Positions 1-12,812 of a stretch of 33,526 nucleotides of DNA are shown here, in pieces (within the stretch, counting starts at the first letter, position 1; each line of letters opens with the position of its first letter). The notes under the pieces were generated by a model. It was not told the origin of the DNA. It made no database searches and worked only from the letters and a program-made list of their open reading frames with translations. The position numbers and the translations under genes were made by a program. The stretch spans positions 1 through 33,526 of the forward strand of contig JASJQH010006949.1 of assembly GCA_040143965.1 (NCBI GenBank), in the 5' to 3' direction. The stretch is from Basidiobolus ranarum. Its lineage: Eukaryota.

Positions 1-1038
1 CTATAAGAAGTGATGAGAAAAGGTAGTCATTCGCCTGTTCATGAAAATACTCACTTTCGCTGTGGAGAAATCATAGCAAGTAAGAGAGTTTCGGATAAAG
101 TTTGGGACTTTCAATGCTCCCAAGAAACTATACAAATCTTTACCAAAAGCGGGTGCACAAGTGATTTTGTCATTTGTGCGGTGGAAATCTTGTACATACA
201 AAGCCTTAAAAAAATTAAATACTCACACAATATAGAGTGAATGAATATAAGGAAGCTTACATTTTCAAAGTTTTCCCAGTCCAGTGAAGTCTATTTCCAT
301 TGAACTCGCTATTGAGTAACAAATCTTCGAAACAAACTTTTTTAAAATGAACTGTACCAGATTGGCCGAGGTTATCACTACACGTAAAAAGTCATCGTAG
401 TGTAATATCAGAAATTTTGCGTGCATACTACCATATCGATCTTCAGGTAACGGTGGCTGAACAACAGTAAAATTCGAGTGCAGTGAGGAAGTTCCTGGCT
501 TGTGTAATGTTCGAATTAAAATAGACATTGAGGAATGGTACTTGATTTATGCTATAAGTATGTATATGTACCTTATCTCCTAATTGACGATGCCAGTTTC
601 GGATCAAACATATAGGAATGTTGCGTGGAAGCTTGGACATAAGCCAGTCCACTTCTAACTGATAAGCAGCGAGAACAAGTTTTCTAATATTATTCTACTC
701 GACAAGAAGTTACTACTAGCATATTCAACTAGATAGTACAGTATATATAGTATTTACTTTATCTACAAGCTCTTCAAAAGTAACATGACCATCGGTTGAG
801 GAACTATTGGTTTTAGTTAATAGAACTTTTCCAGTTGGATACTGGAGTTCTGTGAAAATTGTATGTAAGAAACATGCCATCATATGTCCAGCTAAATACC
901 AAATTCAGTACCATTTAATGTATTACTTGAAAGCCTCCTTAAGTTAGTGGTTCTTATATTATTTTTAAAGCAACGGCTTCCCGCGAGTAGTAAATTTGGT
1001 TGCGATGTACGGAATGTCTCATGTATTAATCTTAACAT
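1..1038 (-). CDS. TDP1: Tyrosyl-DNA phosphodiesterase 1 family protein (PLD superfamily), 5' part; gene continues beyond the window start
   Basis: Spliced exons 1038-900, 849-758, 694-572, 498-358, 290-261, 204-55 join in frame with GT-AG ends. Translation includes LVLAAYQLEVDWLMSK, YGSMHAKFLILHYDDFLRVVITSANL (first HxK motif plus SANL) and DWENFENALYVQDF, all typical of Tdp1. Confidence 0.88.
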
Positions 1039-2036
1039 CAACTAAGAATTCCGCTGTGGAGCTAGAGAAAGGGACAGGTAAGCAAAAGAAAGTTAAGCTA
1101 ACAAACTCGGTCATAGCAAACGAAGTCACCCAATCTTTTTAGCAAAACAAACCATATTACGATCCATTCTTAAGCGTATTGTTAATCATTCTTTCAATCC
1201 CCATTTAACCAACTGTTAAAATCGACTTAAGATGACTGCAACAAAGGCAAGTTTGTAACAATCGTGTTGCTGCGAATCTCAACCTCGATTCAAGGTAATC
1301 ATAACTACCCGGACTGATTAAGTATTGTACTAGTAGAACAAGCTACCGATTAAGCCTCAAAATGGTAAAAGAAGTTTCCTCTGACGAATGGTATGAAGGT
1401 ATCTACGATATCAGGATCGGCTAAACACCAAAGTTTCGACAATATGATCGCAATCTCGACTATCCCGATTATACTTGGTGTTGGTTCTAGAGTATTCGTT
1501 TTCATTGATAAAACATCCAAAAAACCGATAATAATCTACGATAATTATCGAAATATTAGAGATCGTAGATAATTGCCCATCCGTAAAAAGCTTGAATATA
1601 GTCTGGAAATACATTGTATGGTCATCATCTTTACCTGGTTCTTGCATAAGCTAATGATGTTTTCAATTGAATTTCTGATCCTTGTGGTGCTTACTTACCA
1701 ATTAAGAAATTTCTGTTGCGACACCAATTTTCTTGAGTCTGAATCGAATCAAAGTCATCCTAATAAAGGACTTGGATAGATTTTGGGGAGTTTGACAAGT
1801 ATGTAACATCATTAGTACTATGCAAGAGCTATATAATGCATTAATCATATGCTTTCTATCCACATATACATTTTGGCACGACTCTTCGTATCCACTTACT
1901 CGGTTACGAAAAAAACCGAACATTTGCCACTCTTGTTTCTTTCACTTATAGCCGATACCCTTACCTCTGCTATCAACCACCGCGTTTATTTCATACGTAG
2001 TACCTTTATTACTATCTACTTTCTTTGGGATTTAAT

Positions 2037-4076
2037 ATGGTCAACAAAGTTCTTTCCGTCGAAGTTGGTACTGAAAAACCACAAAACGAAACATTGCCTC
2101 GCCGTAATCACCTGTCTCCTGAAGCCCTTCTGAACACACCTCGTGAAGATGTTAAAACGTTAGCAGATATTCTTCCTCATTTGGTACGCACTCGTGGTAA
2201 TAAGAATGCTCTCGGGTACCGTAACGTTGAAAAGATTATAGAGGAAGAGAAGGAAGTCACCAAGAATGTCGGGGGTGTCATGAAGAAAGAGATGAAGAAG
2301 TGGAAATTCACCCAGCTTAGTCCTTATAACTGGTTCACTTACGAGGAAGTCGACCGTATTTCCAAGCAACTTGGTTGTGGTCTTGTCAAGCTTGGCTTAT
2401 CCACAGGTGACAAGCTCACTATTTTTAACAAAACCAGCCCTCACTGGTTTATGATGTCACAAGCTTGCTTCTCACAATCTATGACCATTGTTACTGCATA
2501 CGAGACATTGGGTGCCGAAGGTCTTAAACACGCTCTTAATGAAGGCGAAATTACTGCTCTTTTCACCACTTCTGAACTTCTGACAGTTGTTCAAAGCATT
2601 GTCAACCAGGTTCCTACCTTGAAGCATATTATTTACACTGATGAGGCTAATCCTACTCAAATCGAATCTTTTAAAGGAGATTTCCCAGAGATTAGTATCC
2701 ACACATACGAGGAGCTTCGTGTACTCGGTGAAGAAAACCCTATTGAGATAAGCACTCCTCAACCTGAAGACGTAGCCTGCATTATGTACACTTCAGGCTC
2801 TACCGGTAATCCAAAGGGTGTTATGCTTACCCATGCTAATGTTATTGCAGCCATCGCCGCTGTTGATAAGTGGATTGGCCCTATTCTCAATGCTGAGGAA
2901 GATGTGATCATTGCTTATCTACCACTGGCTCATATCTTTGAATTTGTGGTAGAGAATTACATTGTATATTTGGGTATGCCTGTTGGCTACAGTAGTCCTC
3001 GTACTCTGACTGACTCTTCAGTCCGTAATTGTAAGGGTGATTTACGTGAACTTCGCCCCACCATTATGTGTGGTGTTCCAGCTGTTTGGGAAACTATCCG
3101 TAAAGGTGTAATGTCACAAATTCAAAACTCTGGTAAATTAGCTCGTGTAGTATTCGATTTGGCACTTCGTAATAAGACATTCTTGAATAACTATGGTATT
3201 CCTTCCGGAATTTGGGATACTGTTGTTTTCAACAAGATTAAGACAGCTACTGGTGGTCGCTTACGTTATGCCTTATCAGGCGGAGCCCCTATCGCTCCTG
3301 AAACTCAAGCTTTCTTGACTACATGTATTTGTACTGTTCTTCAAGCTTATGGTATGACTGAAGCTACTGCCATGGCCACAATTATGAATCCCGAAGTCAA
3401 GGTCCTCAAATCTAATGGACCTCCAGTTCCATGTGCCGAAATTAAATTGGTAGATGTACCTGAAGCCAACTACCTTAGTAGCAACAACCCTCCACAAGGA
3501 GAAGTGTGGGTGCGTGGCCCTGCGGTCATGAAGGGGTACTTCAAGAATGAAGAACTCACCAAAGAGATTCTCACTGATGATGGTTGGTTGATGACCGGAG
3601 ATATTGGTGTTTGGCTTCCTGACGGAACTCTTGGTATTATTGATCGCAAAAAGAACTTGGTCAAGTTATCCAATGGTGAATATATCGCCTTAGAAAAACT
3701 TGAATCTCTCTACAAAACCTCCGCTTATGCCGATAACATTTGTGTCTACGCTGATTCCTTCAAGTCTCGTCCGGTTGCTATTTTAGTATGTGGTGAAGAT
3801 AAACTTCGTAATCTTGCCAAACAACAAAATGTAGAAAATTATGAGTCCATGTCTCATAAGGATCTAACTCAAGATAAGAAAGTAAAGAAGGCAGTTCTTG
3901 GTGATCTTCTTTCAATCGCCAAGAGGAATGATTTTGTTACCGCCGAAATGCTACACGATATCTACATCGCAGATGAGGAATGGACACCCGAGAACAATCT
4001 TCTAACTGCTGCTCAAAAATTGAAGCGTCGCGATATTGCCGAACGATACAAGGAGCATATTGATGCGTTGTATTAG
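2037..4076 (+). CDS. FAA1: Long-chain fatty acyl-CoA synthetase (Faa1/Faa4/Lcf1 type), 679 aa, intronless
   Basis: AMP-binding motif YTSGSTGNPKG, AYGMTE, GWLMTGDIG, IIDRKKNLVKLSNGEYIALEKLE. First ATG is at 2037; the ORF track starts at an upstream TTG. Confidence 0.95.
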   Translation: MVNKVLSVEVGTEKPQNETLPRRNHLSPEALLNTPREDVKTLADILPHLVRTRGNKNALGYRNVEKIIEEEKEVTKNVGGVMKKEMKKWKFTQLSPYNWFTYEEVDRISKQLGCGLVKLGLSTGDKLTIFNKTSPHWFMMSQACFSQSMTIVTAYETLGAEGLKHALNEGEITALFTTSELLTVVQSIVNQVPTLKHIIYTDEANPTQIESFKGDFPEISIHTYEELRVLGEENPIEISTPQPEDVACIMYTSGSTGNPKGVMLTHANVIAAIAAVDKWIGPILNAEEDVIIAYLPLAHIFEFVVENYIVYLGMPVGYSSPRTLTDSSVRNCKGDLRELRPTIMCGVPAVWETIRKGVMSQIQNSGKLARVVFDLALRNKTFLNNYGIPSGIWDTVVFNKIKTATGGRLRYALSGGAPIAPETQAFLTTCICTVLQAYGMTEATAMATIMNPEVKVLKSNGPPVPCAEIKLVDVPEANYLSSNNPPQGEVWVRGPAVMKGYFKNEELTKEILTDDGWLMTGDIGVWLPDGTLGIIDRKKNLVKLSNGEYIALEKLESLYKTSAYADNICVYADSFKSRPVAILVCGEDKLRNLAKQQNVENYESMSHKDLTQDKKVKKAVLGDLLSIAKRNDFVTAEMLHDIYIADEEWTPENNLLTAAQKLKRRDIAERYKEHIDALY

Positions 4077-6513
4077 ACTTGTTGAGCTTTGAGAGATATA
4101 ATACGTTGTAACTGAATTGTAGTAAGATATCAATACCCAGTTTTTTGTTTGAAATAAATGATGGGGATTTTGAAAATCCCTGATATTTTTGGGAACTAAT
4201 TAATCATCTATTTTCCTCACACAAGCGAAATTCTCCATAATTGAGGAATTGATACGAAATATCTTTCACAATATTCATCGAGTTTTTTCAGTAATAACAT
4301 ATTGAGATATACTGTGAGCATGAATGAAGTATAAATAACCTTTGTCTAATTTAATCCAATGAGCTGATTTTCCTTACACTGGGGATGAAACCTGTTTGGT
4401 TGACAGGTCTAGTTCGTAACAAGGGTCCAGACTCGTAAAACAAAGCCACACTGCTAATTATTGGAGATTTTTCACAGGTCAAACCGCCCAAAGCACAACA
4501 TCATATAACCATAGGAAATCTTCGAACTGGTATGGTTCCGTATGTCACTGAGGAGAGAATGAAGAGGGGATGAGCAGATCCATAGCTATGAATGAATTTA
4601 GACAGCCTCAAGCATAAATTGCCAATGATATATTTGGGGCAATATGTTTATTCGTGAAACCGTACTGAGGTGTGGAATCGTACATTGCCCAAAGTCTCTC
4701 CTCTCACAAAGGTGACAAATCCCGTGAATTTCACGAAGAAGCATGTGTCAGAGCTGATCGTCGTTAGTCTGGGTGAAATTGTTGCACAAAAGTTAGTCTG
4801 TATAGATCAAATATAGATGCCTAGTGCGATATTCGATCTGTGGATACGACCTCGTTTACTGGTCCCAAATTGTAATTCGCTTCACCGACAAGCCGAAACG
4901 GCATTGGGATAATGAAAGGTAATGTCGCTGAATTACAAGATCCGGGTGCGGTAGATCAACTCGGTAATGTTATTGTGAGGGTAAACTGAACATTGGTGAT
5001 CTAGATTCATGCTAGGAGGACACCTAATCAGGGATAAACCGGGATCTTATTTGGCAATAAGCTGGTTATTGACACACGCGTTTATTTGTTTCGAAATCAG
5101 GCAGCATCGAGCCTTCCTAGTTTTTCTTGAGGGAAATGACCTCCTCTTACTGTGAAGGTTGGGAGGAGGCAACACCTTCCTCAATAGTCAATTTGCCCAT
5201 CTATGGACACACATGTGATAAATCTATGCAATCTAGGAGCGAAGATACCTGCTACACTGCAGTCGGTTGTTTGTCCGCAATGATATTTCTGAAACAGACT
5301 ACGACTAGAATATTTCTTTTGACGTGCAGCTCTGACTTCCACCCTCTGTAGACGCAGCCTAGCGTGTGGTAGATATCAGGTCCAAGTCGAAAAGTATGTG
5401 AGTCCGAAAACGATATGTTTGGTTGGAAGTTGACTGTTTTTGTCAATACCGAATACCCCAAATCGAGACTATTAATGATGATGCAACACAAATACGGCCT
5501 GACTCGCAAGAATGAGAAGTGAATGATCGGTCGTTACCTACTCTGCCTGTAATAAAAGTGGGGGCCGGCTAGAAACACCCGTGTCAGCCTACTCATCCGT
5601 TAGTTGTTGATGCATTGTAGCCTCTAATAAAGTTTGGGCCTCGAGTTAGCTCGGTGATCCCGCAAAATCACAACCCATCACCTGTCCAAATAAACTGATT
5701 TGACTGCCATAATTACCGCGATCTTTCAAGCAATGTGATGGATATCTAAGGCAGGTCAAAACGAGGTAAACAAATAGTTAGTAGATTTTATTTTAGGTTG
5801 TCTCCAAATGGAATAGTTAGCCCCAATCGCTCCCAAAACGCCAAATATCGATTGGATGGTCTCTACCTCCTCTAAACGAATAGATGAGCTAAAATGACCA
5901 TAAGTGGTACTAAAATGGGTCACCGTTCAAAAAATTTACCAATCAAAAAAATCCCATGTCCCATTATGTAAGATTGAAATAAAGCCTTGTATATCAGTTC
6001 AGGCTAAATGGATCTTGCAGATGCTTAAGCAACAGACCAGCACTAAATATTCACCCGAATCAAACGATGTCATTGTCTTGGCTAACAAAGCTTTTCTGCC
6101 TCTGGGCATTTTCCACCGTGTCTTTCCGCTTAGTATTCATGCTAGGCTGCACTTTATTGGAAACAGAAGAACATCCGTGGCCACGACAGTTGCACATCTA
6201 AGCTTGACAAACGGAGTAAAGTTTCCGAAAGGTTCAAGAGTAAATGTGAATGTCAGCCTATAAAACAGCGCTCCCGGCTAACATTACCAAATTGGATTAA
6301 TCACAGGAGGTCTTCGGGTATCAAGGAAATAGGAAGTTCCGTATCTCGCAAATTATTTATCATTTGTAGGGTGATTAATCAAAACCAGTAAAATCAGTTC
6401 AGGAGATTTGGTTCATATGATAAGTATAAATTGAGTTCAATTTCCCGAATGAACAGTACAATTATTCTTCTAATCATTTATATAAAATTAAACCAATTAC
6501 TCTTCACACAATC

Positions 6514-7632
6514 ATGTTGCATGATCTATTTCTCGAAATACAAACAAACCAGGACCGCTTGGTGTTGAAAGGCAATCCTGAAGAATGTGTGGGCACCACA
6601 CTATCCGGCGTTGTCAAACTCCACCCTAAGGTCGCCACAAAGCTCAAGTCGCTGTCGATCCGCCTAGAGGTATATGGTCTTGTCACTGGCTCAGCTGGTA
6701 AGTTTTAGAGTTCTAAATATGTTTTGCATTAGACACAGTGGCTAATTTTCCTCTTCGTATCATCCATAGCCTTGAAAAGCGGGAGTTTAAAACTTCATGA
6801 CAAACATCGATTCGCCCATGATGAGATGGTTTTTTTTGAGAGCAAAGATGCCTACACTTTACCACCAAAATGTCATCACTACAATTTCTCTTTCCCAATT
6901 GATGGCTTTTGGCCAGAAACTCTTCATTGTCATAATATCAGCATTAAATACAAATTAATCGCTACCGCAGAAACCACCTCATTACACACCAACCGCACAA
7001 CTGAGAAAGAGATCATCGTTAAGAGATTTCCTTTCGCCAACATCACTGAGCCATTGCCACCGATCAATGTGTCTGACGCGTGGCGTGACATATTGGAGTA
7101 TGATTTGTATGCAGCGCGCAAGGTAGTGGGATTGGGCGAGGAGCTGCCACTTGTGCTTAACTTCCGACCACTTGTGACTGATATCCATATTCAGAAGGTG
7201 TGCTACAAGCTATACGAGTATGTTGACTCACCCATTATGAAATATGGCTCACATCACCTCGAAGAACATGCAATAGAGTTGAAATCACAATCCAACGATA
7301 TTGATACACCCAACGAGAAGGTTATTCTGCTCAAGATGCCCACATATCCGAAGATCCACCACGATTGCAAGAATGAATTTATTTCCATCAAGCACAAGCT
7401 AGAGGTCATCATTAACTTCTCTCACGGAAGTTGCATGAAGTCCATTCGCTTGAGATTTCCTATGAACATCACCACTGATGTCACTGAGCACTACTTCGAA
7501 GCTCTTCCGCTATACGAGCCCCAATCGTGCTCCAAGTGCACATCATGCACACCCATTGGTATTGACTCCTCTAACGGTAACGGTAACCCTCCACCATACA
7601 CCCCCAATAATGTCCGAAGCGCAACCATTTGA
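6514..7632 (+). CDS. Alpha-arrestin (ART/Rod1-like ubiquitin ligase adaptor), 348 aa
   Basis: Exons 6514-6697 and 6770-7632 (intron GTAAGT...CATAG, frame preserved). Arrestin N-domain signatures LSGVVKL and YNFSFPIDGFWPET..ISIKYKL, C-domain ISIKHKLEVII, and C-terminal PY motifs LPLY and PPPY. Confidence 0.88.
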
Positions 7633-9524
7633 ATTTCACTGACATCCATTATTGACCGATGATAAGATCCGTACGTCACCTGTGCTCACACGTATATATA
7701 TATTTATGTATTTACTCAATCCCTGGCCACAACCATATACATAATGTTGGCTTGATTAATAGAATTCACAATAGTACTGTTGTTTATGTTTGCCCAAGTT
7801 TCATGTATAATTATCCATATCCGCAGTAAACTTTATGACATCATTTTAACTCATGATTACCTCATTTGAACACACCTCTAATTGCAAGCACAAGCGGGAC
7901 TCGGGTTGAGTTTGTTTGGTGGCTAGTGTGCATTACTAATGAAATATTCCATTTCATGGTTACTCAGCTTGCATGTATATCATGTCAGTAACAGTGCGAG
8001 ACCGATGACCTATATGAGTAAAGGCCACCCACAGACAGCATCCTGATGAGAGCACGGTGTGGTTTGTCAGGAAACACCATACCATAACAAATCACGAAGT
8101 GCACGAGTTAGCCAGAACTGACAAATTAAAACCATGCCCGGCTGCAATTAGTAATCGATATCCCTGAACGATATTTAATACACATGTGGGTTCAAGCCGT
8201 GAACGGTGGATTTGCACCTGTCGAATTTCAATCTGAAGTGGAACGAAAAAGGATCCATTAATTGGTCCAATAGTAGAGACTTTATTTATAAATGGATTGT
8301 ATCTACGGATAAACTGAATCATCACCATGTCTCCAATCATCGCATGGACTAAACGTTATGGGTTGGGAATAAATGGATCACAGCCTTGATCCATTTCAAT
8401 GAGAGATTAAGATTGGAATGCGGCTCTGTAAAAACAAAGCCAATGGGGTCTAGATTGGTTAAGTGATCAAGTGTCGAGGCACATCCACACGCGGGAAAAT
8501 AAATCAAATCTATAAACTTGCTTTTCATTACTGAACTAATGTCAGGAAAACTGGTTTTAAAATGACTTGTGCCCACAGTCTAGGGTGGTGATATCAAGTG
8601 TTTTGGGGATGACGGTTTATAAATGGAAAAGAAACACACCCAAGGTTTGGCACATTAAGAGGGTGATACAGTAAATGGGTGTATAGTCTACGCTTCCTTC
8701 GTGCCATCGTTAGTATTGACAAGCTATTGGCTGGGCACTGTTTCTCCATATCAATGCAATACTCACTCTTCATTTGGGCTAATAATATCCCCCCTCTGTA
8801 AACAAATCGCGGTCCATTGTGTTGGTTGATTTGTAGCCACTCTATTGGTAGCGACGCGTAAGGCCTCACATTCCTAATCACCAACACTTGTTGTTACTTG
8901 GTAGGATCTTCTAGGCTTGCGGACCATATAGAGATTGTTGTGATAAGCTTGGCCGGCAAGACTGTAATGGAATCTCACCAAAAAATGGTAGATCGGACCT
9001 ATCTCGTATCAGACAACTGTCAACTTACAGTGTATTATTATCATTGGCGAGATTGTAGGTGAAATTCAACATGTGCCTACGAGTCAAGTATAACGTTATA
9101 GATGCAAGACTCCTTTGGTCCAAACTACGATGAGCACACGATTTGTTACAGTGGCAACAGATTCCGAGATTCAACATGTGTAGTCCATCAATGAGAGGTT
9201 GATAATCGATGACTTCTGCATCAATAGTTAGATCTTTACTGTCGAGCGAGTGAAATTGTCTGGGATTCATAGATGTTAAGTCACACGAGGGCCATCTTAG
9301 ATGTGATGAGAGGTAGTGATTTGCAAAATGGTACCAAGATAATCTGAAGTCAGCCACCCATCTTGGATGCATCCTCAAAGTTGCCAGTTAGTCTGAATTC
9401 ATGCGCAGATTATCGGATCATATCTGTATTTGCCAAATTGATGAATATCCTTCAAATAGCCCTCGTCTTCCGCTTCTAATCTTTACAGCCTCTTCTATAC
9501 TGTCTCCATCTCTACACAACAATA

Positions 9525-10912
9525 ATGTTAAAGAACTTCGCCCAACGTACCTTCAACCAAGTCGCTACTCGTAGCTACGCTTCAGCTGCTGGTAAGTCTA
9601 CTTCACAGTCTCTCTAACACCCTCATATCATTTATAAACCTTATCTCTATTTTTAGCCGAAGCTACTGCTACCCAAGGTATATAATTTTTCACTAGTTTT
9701 ATTAGCCACCGACTTCGAACTAATTGATACTTGTAGAGCTTAAGAAAACCGCACTATACGATTTACATCTTAAACATGGTGCCCAAATGGTTCCTTATGC
9801 AGGTTACTCTATGCCAGTTAAATACTCTTCACTTGGTGTTTTGCAATCACATCTTCACACTCGTGAAAAGGCTTCCATCTTTGATGTATCGCACATGTTA
9901 CAAACCAGGTTGGAACTCCTCTAATATCTTTCATTATTCCTCTCAAGGTAGATTAACGATTTTCTTTAGATTAACTGGAAAGGACAGACACGACTTCATT
10001 GAGAAGATTTGCGTTGGTGATATCAAAAACCTTCCTTTAGGTACTGGTACTCTTTCTGTCTTCACCAATGAGAAGGGTGGTATCATCGATGATACCATCA
10101 TTTCTCAACATAAGGACTCTCTTTACATTGTCTCCAACGCTGGATGCGCTGAGAAAGATCTTGCTCACATTCGCAAACATCTTCAAGAGTTCCAACAGAA
10201 AGGTGGTGATGCCGTACTTGACATTATTGATGACCATTCTTTGATCGCTATTCAAGGTCCCAAGGCTGCTGAAGCCCTACAACAACTTGTTGACAAAGAT
10301 TTGAGATCCATGAATTTCATGACTGGACAATTCCTCAACATCAAAGGAATTGAATGTCACGTCGCTCGTTCCGGCTACACCGGTGAGGATGGTTTCGAAT
10401 TGTCCATTCCTACTCCTGAAATCGTTCAAATTACCGAGCTTTTACTTCACAACCCTGATGTTGAATTCGCTGGTCTTGGTGCTCGTGATTCCCTTCGTTT
10501 AGAAGCCGGTCTCTGCTTGTACGGTAATGACTTAAATGAGGATATTACCCCTGTCGAAGCTGGCCTTACCTGGACCATTGGTAAACGTAGACGTGAAGAG
10601 GGTGGTTTTTTGGGTGCTGAACATATTATCCCTCAAATTAAGGGTGGCGTTTCACAAAGAAGGGTTGGTCTTATCGTTCAAGGTGCTCCAGCCAGAGAAC
10701 ACAGTGAAATTTTAAATGCTGAAGGTGAAAAGATCGGTGAGGTAACCAGTGGTGTTCCATCCCCATCCTTGAAGAAGAACATTGCCATGGGTTATGTCAA
10801 GAATGGATATCACAAGTCTGGTACTGAATTACAGGTTAAGGTTAGAAACAGAGTGCAAAAGGCTCAAATTGTCAAGATGCCCTTTGTTCCATCCAACTAC
10901 TTCAAGGCTTAG
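9525..10912 (+). CDS. GCV1: Glycine cleavage system T protein (aminomethyltransferase), mitochondrial, 400 aa
   Basis: Exons 9525-9591, 9657-9677, 9737-9908, 9970-10912 splice in frame. Presequence MLKNFAQRTFNQVATRSYAS; motifs KKTALYDLH, FDVSHM, RSGYTGEDGFE, GLGARDSLRLEAGLCLYG. Confidence 0.96.
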
Positions 10913-12812
10913 ATGCCTTAAGGATAGTATCTAAACTTACACTCTAACTACCTTTGCATTATTACTCTACCATCGAATACATCTTTCTCTCATTCTCCTT
11001 TGAATGTAGAATTTTCGCCAATAAATCATCCATAAAACTCGATTGATGTTCTGGCACTATACAAATTCAGCTATCAAAATATCTGAACTGGTAGTCTTAA
11101 AGACTTCGAGATAAATATGCATCCACGTATTCATAGCAGAAACTTCCTTTAGCAAGACTTAATATTGGGACACAAGTCCATGGCTATGAGGCTTTAGTAG
11201 AACCGTTATTGGTCATCTTGTATTCTGTATTCTTGATAATCATACATCAACAGTAATGCATCCTGTTCAAACATCATATAATCATTTCTAGGTTTTTATC
11301 TATGAAATTTTCAAGATTTTTTCACTTTGAACTATCTTTTCTGACACTAACAGTCTTCACCTTTGTCTTTTTTTCAAGGCTTGTGTCTGGTATTTTCAAT
11401 GGAATATTGTCAGTTACAAGGATTTTCTTCTCAGATGGGTATCCCTCCAGAAGTCCTGAAATGGTAGAAGAGTAACTTTTATGTTAGACGTATGAAGACA
11501 TCGTGCAATACATTAAGATTATTGGGGAATCAAAGAGCCAGAACAGAGTTAATGCAGTTGGATATAGAACTAACAATATTGATTTTCAACATAAAGAACC
11601 GGGTAAGCTCTTTTAGGAAACTGTCTCTTAGAAGGTAAATTACAATAATATTTGTCAACTCGGTGAAGAGAGGACCAGGGGTTGAGAAACTCGGCCACAC
11701 AGGTCCTACCCCACCCAATCTTTGGGTAACGATTTTCTAGATGCTGTACATTTATTATGTCCCCTACTTTTGTCGGATCCCCTAGGCATAATCTTCTTCT
11801 GATATGTGTACTACCCTAACGTCATTCCTTTCAATTAACTCATGTATATTCTTTGGCAAGTATTAAATATATACTATACAAGTGATTTAATTACGAAATT
11901 GACCACTATGGAATTTCGCCACAATTCAAGAATCACTCCATAATGAATCAAAAGAATTCCAAAAGAACTCTCCAGCATCCCAGCCTATAGAGTCCACCAA
12001 ACCCATCAATAATTCAGCCACCTAAATGGAGCACTGAGAGATTCATATGTATTGACTAATATTAGAAATTGGCATGCCCTGTACTCATTTCTCTAGGAAG
12101 AACACAAAGAAGCTTAAATTTTAAATCTATCCAAATTGGTGGCCGTTACACGAACAAATGAAGCACCAAATCTACTTAGAATAACGATGTACGATACCAA
12201 CCATGATGTCCATACAAACATTCTTTACACTGTCGGATGATACATCTACTGAGTGAGTGCTTCAACTGAATGTATTCAACACAGAGGTTAATACGCTTTA
12301 CCAGTGAAGTGTCTAAACTCGTCTCATCATCTACAATTTTCGCATGCTTATTTATTGTACAAATTCGATAATATCCTCAAGTTCCAAGAAAAGTAATTGG
12401 CCAATCATTACTGCTTTCACGCAATATGACCACAATGGCCAATATCACTGTATCTCCACCAGGAGCTATATCAGCTGACTCTAAAATCAGCTGACCTAGT
12501 CTTTTCGCAAGACGAGCAAATGGAAAACTATGGATAAAGGAAAGTGGATATTTGATCCCAATTTAGTAAAATCAAAATAAGGTACCAGCAGGTCGCTAAA
12601 TTCTAGGTATTTCATTCGTGGGTAAGTTGCCTCACTACCTTATTTGGGGTCTAAAGTTGAAAGCCTTCCCTGACTTATTGGAGTGACCAATTGAATAAGA
12701 ATTAGAGATCTGGCAGATTCTAGTTCGATGTCCCCATAACCTTAACATACAAGTATCATCACATTCTCCGTAATCCTTCACTTGATTCTTCACTCTATTC
12801 CTGACTTTCAAC

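Noticed and set aside
4165..4181. Perfect hairpin GGGATTTT-G-AAAATCCC after FAA1, inside ATGATG...CTGA
   Set aside because: Too short for a C/D snoRNA; single short palindromes are expected in AT-rich DNA.
8041..8086. CTGATGA...GAAA resembling a hammerhead ribozyme core
   Set aside because: Stem II does not close and no stem I/III pairing with a cleavage triplet could be built.
4100..9400. Short ORFs in the intergenic regions flanking the arrestin gene (e.g. 5904-6263, 8594-8887, 9025-9378)
   Set aside because: Mostly non-ATG starts, no recognisable motifs or consistent splice signals.
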